Shown here one piece after another: positions 38,446 through 50,115 of a stretch of DNA of 64,000 nt. The stretch comes from an uncultured Thermoprotei archaeon. GTDB lineage: Archaea; Thermoproteota; Thermoprotei; Thermofilales; B15-G2. Every line of letters starts with the position of its first letter. The stretch's first letter is position 1. Under the pieces are notes generated by a model that ran no database searches, was not told the DNA's origin, and saw only the letters and a list, made by a program, of their open reading frames with translations. The translations under genes and the position numbers were made by a program. The stretch lies in contig CBDUKN010000008.1 in the NCBI GenBank assembly GCA_965367815.1, positions 1 through 64,000 of the forward strand, read 5' to 3'.

Positions 38446-38652
38446 TTATCTTACTCGAAGTGCGTATCTTCCTGGCTTGCTTATACCTAGTTTATTAGCT
38501 ACTATGGACTTGGCAGGATCAGTAACTATAATTATTCCGCTCCATTCTGTTGAGAATTCCTTTGAACCACATATTGGACACTCTTCTACTTTAATGTCTA
38601 CTAGAGCTTTACACTTTTTACAAGCCTTCCAAGAAGATAATCTTCGAGGCAT
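38446..38652 (-). CDS. spt4: Transcription elongation factor Spt4 (RpoE'')
   Basis: ACKKCK...CPICGS..FSTEWSG...PGRYAL. Confidence 0.95.
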   Translation of the reverse strand: MPRRLSSWKACKKCKALVDIKVEECPICGSKEFSTEWSGIIIVTDPAKSIVANKLGISKPGRYALRVR

Positions 38653-38658
38653 TTATTT

Positions 38659-39234
38659 TCACCTCTTTTCTTTCTTCTTGGGCTTAGTTTCCTCTTCAAT
38701 CCACTCGAGTTTACCTAAAGCATGTTGCCGCATAGTCATATGAACTCTAAATGTTTTAAGTTCTCCTGTTCCATAGCTTACAGAAGTTATTCTAGCTCTA
38801 ACAATATCTCCTTTCTTTACAATGCGCTGCTTCTTTTTACCAATTAGTGCTTGTTGAGCTCTATCATATGTGAATTCTTCTTCTTCCTCTATTTGAGACA
38901 CATGAATAAAGCCATCAATAGGTCCTAGTCTAACAAAAATTCCGTACTTTTCAACAGTCTCTACGTCTCCTTCAACTATTTCATTCTGAATCGGCGAAAA
39001 AACGAGAGCATCAAAATACACTTTATGATACAAGGCTCCGTCACCAGGTATTATTTTACCTACATCAGAAACTTTAACATTTATAACTGCAATAACTATA
39101 CCTAAATTGGGTATCGTTCTACCTTCATAGCTTTCTTTAACTAACTCAAGTGCCGCCTCTTCAATAGGCTTTCTAAAATAACTAGGCGGTATTCTAAGCA
39201 CATCTTCGATAGAGACTACTTGATACATCGCCAA
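38659..39234 (-). CDS. rpoE: RNA polymerase subunit E' (Rpo7)
   Basis: RIPP, PGDG, S1 domain, MRQHALGKLEW. Confidence 0.95.
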   Translation of the reverse strand: MAMYQVVSIEDVLRIPPSYFRKPIEEAALELVKESYEGRTIPNLGIVIAVINVKVSDVGKIIPGDGALYHKVYFDALVFSPIQNEIVEGDVETVEKYGIFVRLGPIDGFIHVSQIEEEEEFTYDRAQQALIGKKKQRIVKKGDIVRARITSVSYGTGELKTFRVHMTMRQHALGKLEWIEEETKPKKKEKR

Positions 39235-39377
39235 AACTTAACGCGATCGATATATATTTTTAGCTACTATACCTCTTATTCGGCTAGATACTTTACACCA
39301 CTTATCTCGTAGGCTGCCTGCGTATTTCTATGAAAAATATGCTCTATTAAGGTCAATTAGGCGATAGATTGCTCGAA

Positions 39378-39785
39378 CTAAATTTCTCCAATCACTTCTA
39401 TTCTCTTCTTTCTTATATTAACATAAATAACGGGAATATTTTTGTAGAGAAGCATTTTCATCAAATACTTGTCATTTGTAGCTACAATACAGTCATTTGT
39501 ACTCGCATAGCGTAGTATTTTCATATCTACAGATATTTTTTCGGTCGGAAGATAGTCGACTACTTCACAGTATTTCTTTACAAAATCTACGATCAACTTA
39601 AATGTCTTTAGAATATTAGGCTTCTTGCGGATAAGAGCTTCTTCAAGCTCAATTAGAGAATCTTTCAACACAATAAGCTTAATTCTCTCTCCGAGCTCCT
39701 TTCTTACAAAATCTACAATATCTATTTTGTTGGAAAACGATGCTACAAGGAAACTTAAATCGAAGAGTATCGCCTTTTTACGCAC
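39378..39785 (-). CDS. PIN-domain protein (Utp24/Fcf1-like)
   Basis: LFDLSFL...VATND; conserved position upstream of rpoE'. Confidence 0.8.
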   Translation of the reverse strand: MRKKAILFDLSFLVASFSNKIDIVDFVRKELGERIKLIVLKDSLIELEEALIRKKPNILKTFKLIVDFVKKYCEVVDYLPTEKISVDMKILRYASTNDCIVATNDKYLMKMLLYKNIPVIYVNIRKKRIEVIGEI

Positions 39786-39909
39786 AGTATGAAGTCAGCT
39801 TTCCTCTATTTTAATTATAGCTAATTTTACGCTTATTAAATTCTATTTTCTCGAGCGAAATTTTAACAACTATTTAATAAAACTTTTTTACCTGCAAATA
39901 AAACGGTTA

Positions 39910-41244
39910 GTGATGCGAAAAAGAAGAGTTATAATAATGGGTGCTGGCGGACGAGATTTTCATAATTTTAATGTCTTTTTCCGAGATAATGAACAATACG
40001 AGGTTGTAGCCTTTACAGCAGCACAAATACCCAATATTGCTGACAGAATTTATCCGCCAGAACTAGCGGGTAAATTATATCCTAAGGGAATACCAATATA
40101 TCCTGAAGAAAACTTACCCGAGTTAATAGAAAAATATCAGGTCGACGAAGTAGTCTTAGCTTATAGTGACCTTCTATTCGATGATGTAATGAATAAAGCT
40201 TCTTTAGTTTTAGCTAAAGGAGCTAGTTTCAGAATTCTTGGACCGAAGGACACTATGCTTCAGGCACAGAAGCCAGTAATAGCAATATGTGCCGTAAGAA
40301 CTGGTGCTGGGAAAAGTACTACGACTAGATACGTCGTAAATGTGCTAAGAAAAAGAGGAATTAAAGTAGGTGTTGTTAGACACCCTATGCCTTATGGAGA
40401 CTTAAAGCAACAAATAGTTCAGAAATTTACTAAGCTTAAAGATTTAGACAAATATAACTGTACTATCGAGGAACGAGAAGAGTATGAACCCTTAATAAAT
40501 TTAGGAGTCACAGTATACGCAGGCGTAGACTACGAGAAAGTGCTTAAGCTAGTAGAATCAGAAAACGACATAATTATATGGGATGGAGGAAACAACGATT
40601 TTCCGTTTTTCAAACCCGACATAATAATAACTGTTGCTGATCCAACGCGGCCGGGACAAGAAGTATTCTCTTATCCAGGTCAAGTAAACGTCAGATTGGC
40701 CGATATTATTTTAATAAATAAAGTAAACGTCGCAGACACAGCATCAGCGGAAAAAGTAGAAAGAAACGTGAGATCTTTGAATCCAAAAGCAGTAATTCTG
40801 AAAGCTCACTCTATAATAAAAGTAGATAAACCTGAGCTTATCAAGGGAAAAAGAGTACTAGTTATAGAAGATGGCCCCTCAGTAACTCACGGTCATTTAG
40901 GCTATGGAGCAGGATACCAGGCTGCCCTCAAGTATGGTGCATCAGAAATTATTGACCCAAAGCCCTATGCTGTTGGCTCGATTAAAGAAGCTTACGAGAA
41001 ATACAAGCATTTACGTAAAGTTTTACCAGCACTTGGCTATGGATACAAGCAAGTAAAAGAACTTGAAGAAGTAATAAGCAAAATTGACTGCGACACGATA
41101 ATTCTAGGAACTCCCACAGATTTACGAAGAATAATTAAAATAGATAAACCGGTAGTAAGAGTATATTACGAATTATACTTTCCTCAAAAACCAGATTTAG
41201 AAGACATTTTAGTAGAAAGGTTAAGTAGACTGGGCATTCTCTAG
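39910..41244 (+). CDS. Cyclic 2,3-diphosphoglycerate synthase-like P-loop protein (COG2403)
   Basis: GAGGRDFHNFN, RTGAGKS, RHPMPYG, WDGGNND. Confidence 0.85.
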   Translation: MMRKRRVIIMGAGGRDFHNFNVFFRDNEQYEVVAFTAAQIPNIADRIYPPELAGKLYPKGIPIYPEENLPELIEKYQVDEVVLAYSDLLFDDVMNKASLVLAKGASFRILGPKDTMLQAQKPVIAICAVRTGAGKSTTTRYVVNVLRKRGIKVGVVRHPMPYGDLKQQIVQKFTKLKDLDKYNCTIEEREEYEPLINLGVTVYAGVDYEKVLKLVESENDIIIWDGGNNDFPFFKPDIIITVADPTRPGQEVFSYPGQVNVRLADIILINKVNVADTASAEKVERNVRSLNPKAVILKAHSIIKVDKPELIKGKRVLVIEDGPSVTHGHLGYGAGYQAALKYGASEIIDPKPYAVGSIKEAYEKYKHLRKVLPALGYGYKQVKELEEVISKIDCDTIILGTPTDLRRIIKIDKPVVRVYYELYFPQKPDLEDILVERLSRLGIL

Positions 41245-42063
41245 CATACGCTTTATTTTCTCCGATATCTCTCTGCTGATTTTTCTTCCTAGTTCTGCAC
41301 AGTACATTATTTCATCTGCAGTAAACATTCCTCTTCCACCTTTCTGAATAGCACATATTTTCCCCTCTTCATTGAACGATATTGTCAGTCTAGCATCCAT
41401 TATCAGCTCTTCTTCATAACACGGATCTACTACAATTTTTTCACCTATTTTCGCAAATGTTACAGGTATGGCTTCATGCTGTATGGGCAGTTCTTCTTTT
41501 TCTTCAAGTATTTTGACGTTCTCGTTTTCAACAGCATGCTTAGGGATTTTAGTGCATACTAGTGCACAGTAGGCTGCTAGCCCTGAAGCATCCATTAAAT
41601 TCCCGTCGTGGTTTAGCGCATATATGTCTATGTAGAGAGCCCAGACAGATTTTCCAGGCACAATACACAGCTTCTTGAGATCAACTACCTTAGCGCTTCT
41701 TATGCCTCTGTCTACTACTCTAGCTATCTCAATGTCATCCTCGCCTGGAGGCCCTGGCTCAAAAGTAGGTGATGCTAGGGGAATTAGTTCAGTATTCACT
41801 ATCAATACTCCTTCGTCCGGTGTATCGGGGAACGGTTTGCCTAATACTGATTTTACTCCAGCTATGACCATGGTATTGCCTATATTCACTATTGCCGAGC
41901 CTTCGGCCTTTTCTATTACATTAAATTCAACTGAAATTTCCCTGTATTCATCTAATTTTCTTCCATCTATGCGCGTGTTCTTTCCCAATAAGGCCTCGAT
42001 AGTCTTTTTCTTGATAATAGGTATTATTTCCTCAGATTTAGCCAAGTTCCTCACCACTCCCAA
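41221..42063 (-). CDS. rrp42: Exosome subunit Rrp42
   Basis: RIDGR, PFPDTP, FEPGPP. Confidence 0.95.
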   Translation of the reverse strand: MGVVRNLAKSEEIIPIIKKKTIEALLGKNTRIDGRKLDEYREISVEFNVIEKAEGSAIVNIGNTMVIAGVKSVLGKPFPDTPDEGVLIVNTELIPLASPTFEPGPPGEDDIEIARVVDRGIRSAKVVDLKKLCIVPGKSVWALYIDIYALNHDGNLMDASGLAAYCALVCTKIPKHAVENENVKILEEKEELPIQHEAIPVTFAKIGEKIVVDPCYEEELIMDARLTISFNEEGKICAIQKGGRGMFTADEIMYCAELGRKISREISEKIKRMLENAQST

Positions 42064-42769
42064 TATACTTTGATTTAAGAGCCTCTTTCTGCTTCTTATA
42101 TATTTGCATAATCCCGGCTTTAGCTAGCTCGAGAACCTCTTTTAGTTCCTCTATTGTTATGAGTCCGTCGGCTTGAAGCAAAGTTATTTGGTTAAGTCCA
42201 GGCATCATTGCCACGGGGATATCTGCCTCTCCGTACTGGTCTTCTAAGTGATTCAAATCCAATGCGATTTTTCCATCAATTTTTCCAACTGCTACTGCTG
42301 CGACTAAATCTCTCATAGGTATTCCTGCATCGGCTAGCGCCACAGCTGCTGCTGTTATAGATGCGCATCTAGTTCCCCCATCTGCCTGTAGAACTTCTAT
42401 GAAAACATCTATGGATGTTCTAGGGAACATCTCTAAAAAAAGAGCTGGTTCCAGTGCCTGCCTTATTACTTTGGATAATTCTACTTCTCTGCGTGAAGGA
42501 GCTGGACTTTTTCTCTCAGGTACAGAGAATGGTGCCATGTGATATCGACACCTAAGTACAGCTCTATCGGGTAGAGATAGATGTCTTGGATGTAGCTCTC
42601 TAGGCCCATAGACTGCAACCATTATTTTATTTTTCCCTTGAACAATATAGGCTGATCCATCAGCATTCTTCAATACTCCTACCTTTATCTCAATAGATCT
42701 CAGTTCATCTAGTTTTCGTCCATCTACTCTGAGCCCCTCTTCATTGAGTAAAATCGGTTTCTCTTTCAT
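42038..42769 (-). CDS. rrp41: Exosome subunit Rrp41
   Basis: RVDGR, YGPRE, ADGGTR. Confidence 0.97.
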   Translation of the reverse strand: MKEKPILLNEEGLRVDGRKLDELRSIEIKVGVLKNADGSAYIVQGKNKIMVAVYGPRELHPRHLSLPDRAVLRCRYHMAPFSVPERKSPAPSRREVELSKVIRQALEPALFLEMFPRTSIDVFIEVLQADGGTRCASITAAAVALADAGIPMRDLVAAVAVGKIDGKIALDLNHLEDQYGEADIPVAMMPGLNQITLLQADGLITIEELKEVLELAKAGIMQIYKKQKEALKSKYIGSGEELG

Positions 42770-43470
42770 TAGATAACCCCCTCCTTTTTTGCTTTAATAA
42801 TTATATTTTTAATTTTGTCGGTTAATCCAGTCACATGCGCCTCTTTTTCGATCATTTTAATAAGCCTCACGGCAAATAGCTCTCTTGCTTTGTTCTTCCC
42901 AGTTACAAGTATTCTTCCATTTTGCCCTACTATTATCTCACAGTCGAGCTCTCTTTCGAGCATAGAAATCATAGACCCTCTTTTGCCTATTACACGAGGA
43001 ACTTTAACAGGCGATATTTCTACGAGAGACCCACGCTCAACTTTTCCTAGCTTCGATTCTTTAATTGTTAATTGAGGGTCTCTCATTAGATCGAAGGCTA
43101 TTACTTTCGCTACTATTATATCACCTATATCGAGGAATTTTCTTAACTGAATTTTAGTTATGTCTACGGGTTTAGAAAGAGCATCTGTTACTTGAAGATA
43201 CCCTGTATACGGAGAATTTATATCTATTAGCCAGCTAGCTATACCCACATCAACTACCTTGCCTATAACTATGTCATTTACTTTTGGTATATAACATCCC
43301 TTAAGCGGTATTACTGTAATAATTCTACCTTCACGTATTTCAGCCAACCCTAACACACTTGAATATATCTTTCCGTCTATAGAGTACACATTGTTTCCTA
43401 AATTGTAGTTTCCTTCAGCTAGTAAGTCTCCAGGAGCTACTATCTGTCTCTGGGTGAAGAAAACAGGCAT
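42769..43470 (-). CDS. rrp4: Exosome subunit Rrp4
   Basis: S1 and KH domains (RVIGKRGSM). Confidence 0.95.
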   Translation of the reverse strand: MPVFFTQRQIVAPGDLLAEGNYNLGNNVYSIDGKIYSSVLGLAEIREGRIITVIPLKGCYIPKVNDIVIGKVVDVGIASWLIDINSPYTGYLQVTDALSKPVDITKIQLRKFLDIGDIIVAKVIAFDLMRDPQLTIKESKLGKVERGSLVEISPVKVPRVIGKRGSMISMLERELDCEIIVGQNGRILVTGKNKARELFAVRLIKMIEKEAHVTGLTDKIKNIIIKAKKEGVI

Positions 43471-43480
43471 ATTATCCCCA

Positions 43481-44188
43481 TTATCTTCCGGTCTTACTAA
43501 TAATCTTTACTTCAGCAGACCCTTTCGTCAAGCTCGCTATCTTGTCTATTAAAGATGTCTGTATTCCTGCAGGAATTTCTATTTCTACAATCCATGTACC
43601 ATCACTCTGATACTCACTTCGTATGAGCTTCCCTACTTTTAGAATATAGCCTTGGGCTCTGCCTATGTACTGTGGAGGAATCTTTATTCCAACTAGCACT
43701 TTTTCCATTTTCAGAGGAAGCACTTTACGTAGTTCTTTTAGTATTTCTGTAACCTGAACCTCAACTGGCTTGAATGGATCTATACCAACCTTGACCTTCT
43801 CTAGAACTAATTCTATGCGTTTAGGGGGTATTGGGAGCCCTGTGCGTGCATCAACGCAGTTTCTGGCAATATACTCTATAATTTGCTTCTTTTTAGACTC
43901 AATAAGCTCTCTTCTTTGCTCAGCTGTTAACTGAAGCTCTCCTTCTTTAAGTATTCTCTCGGCTACTTTATAGAAGTCTGTTGTACCGAATATTTTCCTA
44001 ATATCTTCCTCGGATGCTTTAAGTCCTTTTCTTGCATCTGCGTAAATAATGTCTCCTTCAACTATCTCATAAATATCTATCTTTTTCCCGCTACGGTACT
44101 TCCATGCTTTTTCAGCGTCTACTATTATTTCGAAACGAAGCTTTCCTCTAGTTAATCTAGCTATTACTTTCTGCCTTTTACCGCTCAT
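43481..44188 (-). CDS. Ribosome maturation factor SBDS/Sdo1
   Basis: [26 protein letters not shown]. Confidence 0.95.
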   Translation of the reverse strand: MSGKRQKVIARLTRGKLRFEIIVDAEKAWKYRSGKKIDIYEIVEGDIIYADARKGLKASEEDIRKIFGTTDFYKVAERILKEGELQLTAEQRRELIESKKKQIIEYIARNCVDARTGLPIPPKRIELVLEKVKVGIDPFKPVEVQVTEILKELRKVLPLKMEKVLVGIKIPPQYIGRAQGYILKVGKLIRSEYQSDGTWIVEIEIPAGIQTSLIDKIASLTKGSAEVKIISKTGR

Positions 44189-44909
44189 GATATACCTCCC
44201 TCATTTTTTGCAAATATTTTTCAAGTTCATTAATAGTTAGTTTTCTGAACCTTTTAGTTTTTACGTCAACATATCCTGCTTCAACAACGTCTTTTTTGGC
44301 TCCCCCCTCAATAGTTTTGTCTAGTACATGAAGCGCCAATAGGAGTGCTTCTTCTAGAGACATATCTTCACGGTACATTCTTTCAAGCATACTTAGTGCT
44401 GTTTCTCCGCCAGATCCTATTGCATGAGCATATAAGCTGAGATACGATCCTTGAGGGTCTGTCTGCATTAACTTAGGTTCTGTTGCGTCTACTCCTGCTA
44501 TGAGGAATGCTACTCCGAACGGTCTTACACCGCCATGCTGAGTAAACGCCTGCTTTATGTCGCATATTCTTCTGGCTAAAGTTTCTACGGGAATAGGTTC
44601 ATCGTAAATAAGTCTATGAATCTGCGCGTATTCTCTTGCTTTATCGATTAGCACACGCGCATCAGAAGCAAGGCCCGCGAAAGTCAGCCCTATATGCTCG
44701 TCTATCTTCTGTATTTTATCAAAAGGCTCTGCTAAAGGAAACTGCTTTTTATTTTCTACTGCTAAAACTACGCCTTCTTTACACCTAATACCTATAGAGG
44801 TGTAGCCTCTGCGGACTGCTTCGAAAGCATACTCTACTTGATATAGTCTGCCATCTGGCGAGAAAATAGTTATTGCCCGGTCATATCCCATCGACGGAGC
44901 AGTCATCAT
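44178..44909 (-). CDS. psmA: Proteasome alpha subunit
   Basis: [20 protein letters not shown]. Confidence 0.98.
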   Translation of the reverse strand: MMTAPSMGYDRAITIFSPDGRLYQVEYAFEAVRRGYTSIGIRCKEGVVLAVENKKQFPLAEPFDKIQKIDEHIGLTFAGLASDARVLIDKAREYAQIHRLIYDEPIPVETLARRICDIKQAFTQHGGVRPFGVAFLIAGVDATEPKLMQTDPQGSYLSLYAHAIGSGGETALSMLERMYREDMSLEEALLLALHVLDKTIEGGAKKDVVEAGYVDVKTKRFRKLTINELEKYLQKMREVYHER

Positions 44910-45030
44910 TAAGCCTCACCAGCATTCTTTCTACACTTCTAGCTATAAAAATATTGTCGTAATATAACTTCAAAGTATATATAACATTAATTATCACACA
45001 AACTAAATATTTCAAACAATATTATTTAGT

Positions 45031-45489
45031 TTAAATTAAACCTATCGATTTCAAGTATTTTCTAGCTTCTTGTATGTCACATCTAGCTAGCGGCAAAAGG
45101 ATCTTCATTTTAATTATATCATCTGAAAATGGAGCCAGCCTTATGTGGCCATGATATGCTTCCTGTTTATCCAATCTTAAGTAAAGATTACCAGAACCAT
45201 CAATACGTAAGTCAAGAGTATCGTTTATTACTTGTTTATCGTCTTCACCGAGCCTTTCTACAAGATATTTGACTACGAGGCTTGCCTTGCTAGAATCGCC
45301 TATGTCCGCTCTAATGATTGTTATTGGGTTTCCGAAGTATCCCTTGAGATTTTCTGTTGTTAATTTAATTTTGTCTCTTATTTCTGGTGGAATAGTGTTT
45401 AGTAAAGCCTGCTTTACTTTACTTATATCTTCGGTTGCGTGACAGAAAGCTTCTATTACTACTCTATTGCTTAGTTTCTTGAGACTCAT
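45031..45489 (-). CDS. RNA-binding protein (DUF54/COG1325)
   Basis: HATED..KV..AL...GYFGNPI...LYLRLDKQ. Confidence 0.85.
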   Translation of the reverse strand: MSLKKLSNRVVIEAFCHATEDISKVKQALLNTIPPEIRDKIKLTTENLKGYFGNPITIIRADIGDSSKASLVVKYLVERLGEDDKQVINDTLDLRIDGSGNLYLRLDKQEAYHGHIRLAPFSDDIIKMKILLPLARCDIQEARKYLKSIGLI

Positions 45490-46006
45490 TATTTTGCCTC
45501 AACTTTTCTACTATCTTCTTAATCACGTGCTTATACTTCTTTTTCTTCTTGTAACCTATTAGCCAGTTGTAATGAGGATCGTTTCTAATTACTGGATGGA
45601 ATGGGTCTACGAGTATCACTTCGAACCATTTGTATTCTCCGTCTTCGCCAACCCAGTAGGATCCTAAAACTTCCATATTTGGATACTTTCGGGCAGCCTT
45701 TTCTTCTGCTATTAGCTGTAGACTCTTCTTAGGGGTATGACCATAGATACCCATTCTTTTAGGTCTTCTGCCAGCTCTTGGTCTGGGTTTATTCATGGCA
45801 CCTTTTCTTACACGTACTCTGACAACTATTATTCCCTGCTTGGCCTTATATCCTAGCGCTCTAGCTCTATTGAGTCTAGTGGGCTTAGGTATGCGAACTA
45901 CAGTTGGTTCACGGCGCCACTTTATTAGTCTTTTTTTGAGTATTTCCCCTAAGGGTCCATCATATGGTCTCTTCCATGCCTTAGCTAAGTATTTGTAGAG
46001 CGACAT
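45464..46006 (-). CDS. rpl15e: 50S ribosomal protein L15e
   Basis: [25 protein letters not shown]. Confidence 0.97.
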   Translation of the reverse strand: MSLYKYLAKAWKRPYDGPLGEILKKRLIKWRREPTVVRIPKPTRLNRARALGYKAKQGIIVVRVRVRKGAMNKPRPRAGRRPKRMGIYGHTPKKSLQLIAEEKAARKYPNMEVLGSYWVGEDGEYKWFEVILVDPFHPVIRNDPHYNWLIGYKKKKKYKHVIKKIVEKLRQNNESQETKQ

Positions 46007-46039
46007 TGTTACCTCGTCTTCTTAAAATAGGGAAGTATA

Positions 46040-47035
46040 TTAGTTTTCTGTTGCCTGTTCAAGTATGCTTATAATCTTCTGGACTACAGTCACTCCTGTG
46101 CGTCTTTGAGCTTCCCTAGTCATGGACCCTATATGTGGAGTTGCTATGACTTTAGGGTGATTTACTAGCTTTATTTCCCAGTCTTCTACAGGAGGCTCCT
46201 TAGTAAATACGTCTAATGCAGCACCCGCCACAATGCCTTCATCTAATGCTCTTAGCAAGGCTTTTCCATCAATTATTTCAGCTCTCGATGTATTTATTAT
46301 ATATACTCCTCTTTTCATAATTTTGAACATATTTTCATCTATTAAGTGGTAAGTCTCTTTAGTTAAAGGTACGTGCAAAGTTATTATGTCGCTTTGCTTA
46401 ATTAAGTCCTCTATGTTTTTTGCAGGTTCTATTCCCAGAGCCCTGCATGTCTCTTCTAAGCGATGTCTTCTGTACCCTATAACCTTCATTTGAAAACCTT
46501 TAGCTATTCTGCATACTTCACTGCCTACACTACCCAGCCCTATTACACCTAGAGTCTTCCCCTTTAACTCCATGCCTAAAAGCTTCTTCTTAAGCCACTT
46601 TCCTTCACAAAGCCCTTTCCAACCAAGGTGTATTCCTCTAACAAGACATATCATTAGCCCAAATACTAGTTCTGCAACAGCTGTCGCGAGTGCTTCAGGT
46701 GAGTTGACCACTATTATCCCTTTACTCTTAGCATACTCTACATCAATATTATCTAGACCAGACCCCGCTCTTGCTATAATCTTAAGGTTGTTCGCTTGAT
46801 CTATGACTTCGCGCGTAACTTTCGTAGCACTTCTTACTATAATGACATGATATTCTCCGATTATTTTTGCCAGTTCTTGCGGAGAAGGTGACTCTACAAA
46901 GCTAACCTCAAACCCATGTTTTTTAAGAAGATCAATAGCTTCACTTGCTATTGGGTCACAAATAAGTACTTTATATTTCGCAGCCATCTCGATTACTAGT
47001 CTTTTCTGCTTAATTAAACCTTTGTTATGCGACAA
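46040..47035 (-). CDS. D-2-hydroxyacid / phosphoglycerate dehydrogenase
   Basis: RAGSGLDNID, GLGSVG, INTSR, TPHIG. Confidence 0.9.
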   Translation of the reverse strand: MSHNKGLIKQKRLVIEMAAKYKVLICDPIASEAIDLLKKHGFEVSFVESPSPQELAKIIGEYHVIIVRSATKVTREVIDQANNLKIIARAGSGLDNIDVEYAKSKGIIVVNSPEALATAVAELVFGLMICLVRGIHLGWKGLCEGKWLKKKLLGMELKGKTLGVIGLGSVGSEVCRIAKGFQMKVIGYRRHRLEETCRALGIEPAKNIEDLIKQSDIITLHVPLTKETYHLIDENMFKIMKRGVYIINTSRAEIIDGKALLRALDEGIVAGAALDVFTKEPPVEDWEIKLVNHPKVIATPHIGSMTREAQRRTGVTVVQKIISILEQATEN

Positions 47036-47094
47036 AAGTTTTTATTGAAGCATAGTCTTGTGATAGGGAGCACCACTATCCGAGGCTGAGATGA

Positions 47095-47964
47095 TTGACA
47101 GAACCGCTAATACTCCTCGATAAAGTATCGTTTAAATACAGAGGGTCTCCAGACTACGCTATTAAAGATATTTCGCTAAAAATTCATGAAGGAGATTCTG
47201 TTTTAATAGCAGGACCCTCAGGATGTGGAAAAACCACTCTCTGTAGAATTTTCAATGGTCTAATACCAAATTTCTACGAAGGAACTTTTGAGGGGAAAGC
47301 AGTTGTATGCGGCCATGATGTTACTAAAACTCCCACATATATTTTGGCAAGGTACGTTGGCATGGTTTTCCAAGAACCTGAAAACCAGCTCTTTTTCTCT
47401 ACTGTAGAAAAAGAAATAGTTTTCGGACTAGAAAACTTGGGTTTAAGTAGAGAAGAAATAGCAATAAGGCTGAAAGAAGTAGTAGATTACTTTAATCTAC
47501 ACAGTATCCTAAATAAAGCTCCATTCGAGCTATCGGGCGGTGAACAGCAGAAAGTCGCTATTGCTGCATGTATTGCAATGAAACCTAAAATACTAGTTTT
47601 AGATGAACCTACCGCAAATTTAGACCCTGTATCCGCTAAAGAAGTAATTCATCTACTTCATGATCTTAACCGAACATTGAAAATAACTATAGTAATTGTC
47701 GAACATCGTCTTGAACTAATAGCGCCTATAGCAACAAGACTCATAGTAATGTATAAGGGCAGAATAATCTTTGATGGTCCTACCCGAGAAGTTCTCTCGA
47801 GAAAAGATCTTGAAACTTATGGAGTGGCACCACCAAAAACTGTTGAATTATACAATAAACTTTGTGAAAAAGGAGTAAAACTCACTAAAATACCTCTATC
47901 ACCACAAGAATTAAGGGAAGAAATAACAGGTGTTGTTTATGCCAAAGGCAGTCGAAGTACGTAG
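47095..47964 (+). CDS. ECF transporter ATPase A1
   Basis: GPSGCGKT, FQEPENQ, LDEPTANLD. Confidence 0.9.
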   Translation: MTEPLILLDKVSFKYRGSPDYAIKDISLKIHEGDSVLIAGPSGCGKTTLCRIFNGLIPNFYEGTFEGKAVVCGHDVTKTPTYILARYVGMVFQEPENQLFFSTVEKEIVFGLENLGLSREEIAIRLKEVVDYFNLHSILNKAPFELSGGEQQKVAIAACIAMKPKILVLDEPTANLDPVSAKEVIHLLHDLNRTLKITIVIVEHRLELIAPIATRLIVMYKGRIIFDGPTREVLSRKDLETYGVAPPKTVELYNKLCEKGVKLTKIPLSPQELREEITGVVYAKGSRST

Positions 47965-48778
47965 TTTGTACTTTAAGTATGAAGATTCAGACAAATACGC
48001 TTTAGAAGACATTAATCTCGAAATAAAGTCTGGAGAAAAAGTAGCCATAGTAGGTGAAAACGGCGCTGGAAAAACTACTCTCATAAAGCACTTCAATGGA
48101 CTACTCAAACCGACGAAAGGCTATGTCAAAATCTTCGGTGTAGATACTAAGCAAACAACTGTAGCGAGTCTAGCTAGAAAAGTAGGCCTTGTTTTTCAGA
48201 ATCCTGATCATCAATTTTTCGCAGAATCTGTTGAGAAAGAAATAGAGTTTGCACTAAGAAACTTCGGATTTAGTGACACAGAAATAAAAGACATTATTGA
48301 TAAAATGCTGAAATTCTTTGGTCTTGAAAAATATAGAAAATCATCACCATTTACCTTAAGTGGAGGAGAAAAGAAACGACTAGCTATAGCTTCAGCTCTA
48401 TGCTATAATCCCGATATAGTAGTTTTAGATGAGCCGACAGTAGGTCAAGACATTATCCAGAAAAGAAAACTATCACTTCTTCTAGAGAAAATATCTGAAA
48501 TGAACAAAACTATAGTAGTTGTAACACATGACATAGACTTTGTTGCAGAAAATTTTAAAAGAGTAATAGTTATGGCACAAGGTCGAGTGATAGCTGACGG
48601 CGAAGTAAATGAAATTTTAACAAATAAAGATATCTTAAGAAAAGCAAGGCTTCTCCCTCCGCAAGTGACCTTATGTGCGTGGTATTTATCCGACCTAGGA
48701 ATTTCTGAAAAAATAATTAAATTAGATGAACTTTTGGAGGAAATATTAGATCTTATCAAAGGGGCCAGATTATGTTGA
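47930..48778 (+). CDS. ECF transporter ATPase A2
   Basis: GENGAGKT, FQNPDHQ, LDEPTVGQD. Confidence 0.9.
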   Translation: MLFMPKAVEVRSLYFKYEDSDKYALEDINLEIKSGEKVAIVGENGAGKTTLIKHFNGLLKPTKGYVKIFGVDTKQTTVASLARKVGLVFQNPDHQFFAESVEKEIEFALRNFGFSDTEIKDIIDKMLKFFGLEKYRKSSPFTLSGGEKKRLAIASALCYNPDIVVLDEPTVGQDIIQKRKLSLLLEKISEMNKTIVVVTHDIDFVAENFKRVIVMAQGRVIADGEVNEILTNKDILRKARLLPPQVTLCAWYLSDLGISEKIIKLDELLEEILDLIKGARLC

Positions 48779-49509
48779 GATCACTTCAGTCATTTAGATA
48801 TCTTAAGAAAAACACTATTATTCATAATCTAGACCCTAGAAGCAAAATGTTATTTGTCATTTTATTATCATTTCTTATATTTATATCAAACAACATCATA
48901 ACACTTAGTTTAATAATGTTTTTAGTTATAATTACTGCATACGCAGCTAAGTCTATTTCACAGCTATTAAAGATGCTTAAAGGAATTTTGCCGTGGATTA
49001 TATTTATATTCGTAGTTAATTACTTTACGTCAGAAAAAGGAATTTTGATAGCCACTATAATGTCATTAAAGTTTACAGCCTTAGCCACAGTATTTACTCT
49101 CTTCTTTATTACAACTTCGCCCGAAGACTTTATGCTGGCTCTCAATAAACTCGGTTTACCTTATGAATATACATTAGCCTTCACTATGGCTATGAGATTT
49201 GTCCCTTCGCTAGCCAGAGATCTTCAAATAATAATCGATGCACAAAAAAGTAGAGGCCTTGAATTAGAAAAAGGCAATTTTATAGAAAGAATAAGAAGGT
49301 ACATACCAATACTAGTACCGCTAATAGTATACGAGATTAGGCGGAGTTTTATGATAGCAGAAGCGCTTGAATCGAGAGCTTTTGGATCTACTAAAAGAAC
49401 ATTCTATTATGAATTGAAGATAACTAAAAATGACATTCTTTTCATTATTTTCTCATGTATTATTGCAATGGTACTATATTTGATAGAAGTATTCTTTAAG
49501 TTATTCTAA
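48772..49509 (+). CDS. ECF transporter T component
   Basis: LDPRSK, AQKSRG, ALESRAF. Confidence 0.9.
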   Translation: MLRSLQSFRYLKKNTIIHNLDPRSKMLFVILLSFLIFISNNIITLSLIMFLVIITAYAAKSISQLLKMLKGILPWIIFIFVVNYFTSEKGILIATIMSLKFTALATVFTLFFITTSPEDFMLALNKLGLPYEYTLAFTMAMRFVPSLARDLQIIIDAQKSRGLELEKGNFIERIRRYIPILVPLIVYEIRRSFMIAEALESRAFGSTKRTFYYELKITKNDILFIIFSCIIAMVLYLIEVFFKLF

Positions 49510-50055
49510 TCCTCTTTTTCTTAATACTTCAATCCATGGATTTTCTCTAAGATAACTTGGAAGAGTTTCCTCTTCGGGAGTATAGCTTGCTACAATTTCT
49601 TCACGAGTGGGCAACTCGCTTATTTTTATCATATACCTTAGCGATCTTAGATTCTTGTTTAACTCCTTTATCTGCTCAGCTAAATTAGCTATTTCTTTGA
49701 TTAGAGCTGAAAGTAATTCTGCATTTGCTGGCTGGGCAGTAGGCTTCTCTACTGTAATCGAAGGTTTTGTTTGTATTTCTTTAAATGCTTCCGCCAATAT
49801 TTTGGCGAGAACCTTTAGTAAAGCCTCTTCACTAATGGACGCTTCTGCTGTGACAGTAGAAGGTGTTGAAGTAGCTGCTACTTGAGTTTGTGTCCGTAAG
49901 CCTTTTTCGCGTTGAAGTTTGCGGTATTTGGATAAAGCCTTGTATACTGTTTTTATAGAAACTTTAAGTTTCTCAGCTATCTCTCGTGGAGAGAGTCCAT
50001 TAAGATATTCTTTTACAATAGCTTTTTCAGTATCAGTAAGCCTTATGGACGACAA
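49501..50055 (-). CDS. HTH-domain coiled-coil protein
   Basis: N-terminal HTH (LSPREIAEKLKVSIKTVYKAL); C-terminal PSYLRENPW. Confidence 0.7.
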   Translation of the reverse strand: MSSIRLTDTEKAIVKEYLNGLSPREIAEKLKVSIKTVYKALSKYRKLQREKGLRTQTQVAATSTPSTVTAEASISEEALLKVLAKILAEAFKEIQTKPSITVEKPTAQPANAELLSALIKEIANLAEQIKELNKNLRSLRYMIKISELPTREEIVASYTPEEETLPSYLRENPWIEVLRKRGLE

Positions 50056-50115
50056 TGTTTAAACCCTAGTGTAAAGTTGATATAGAAAAGTATTTTAACG
50101 TTATGTTTAGAGACT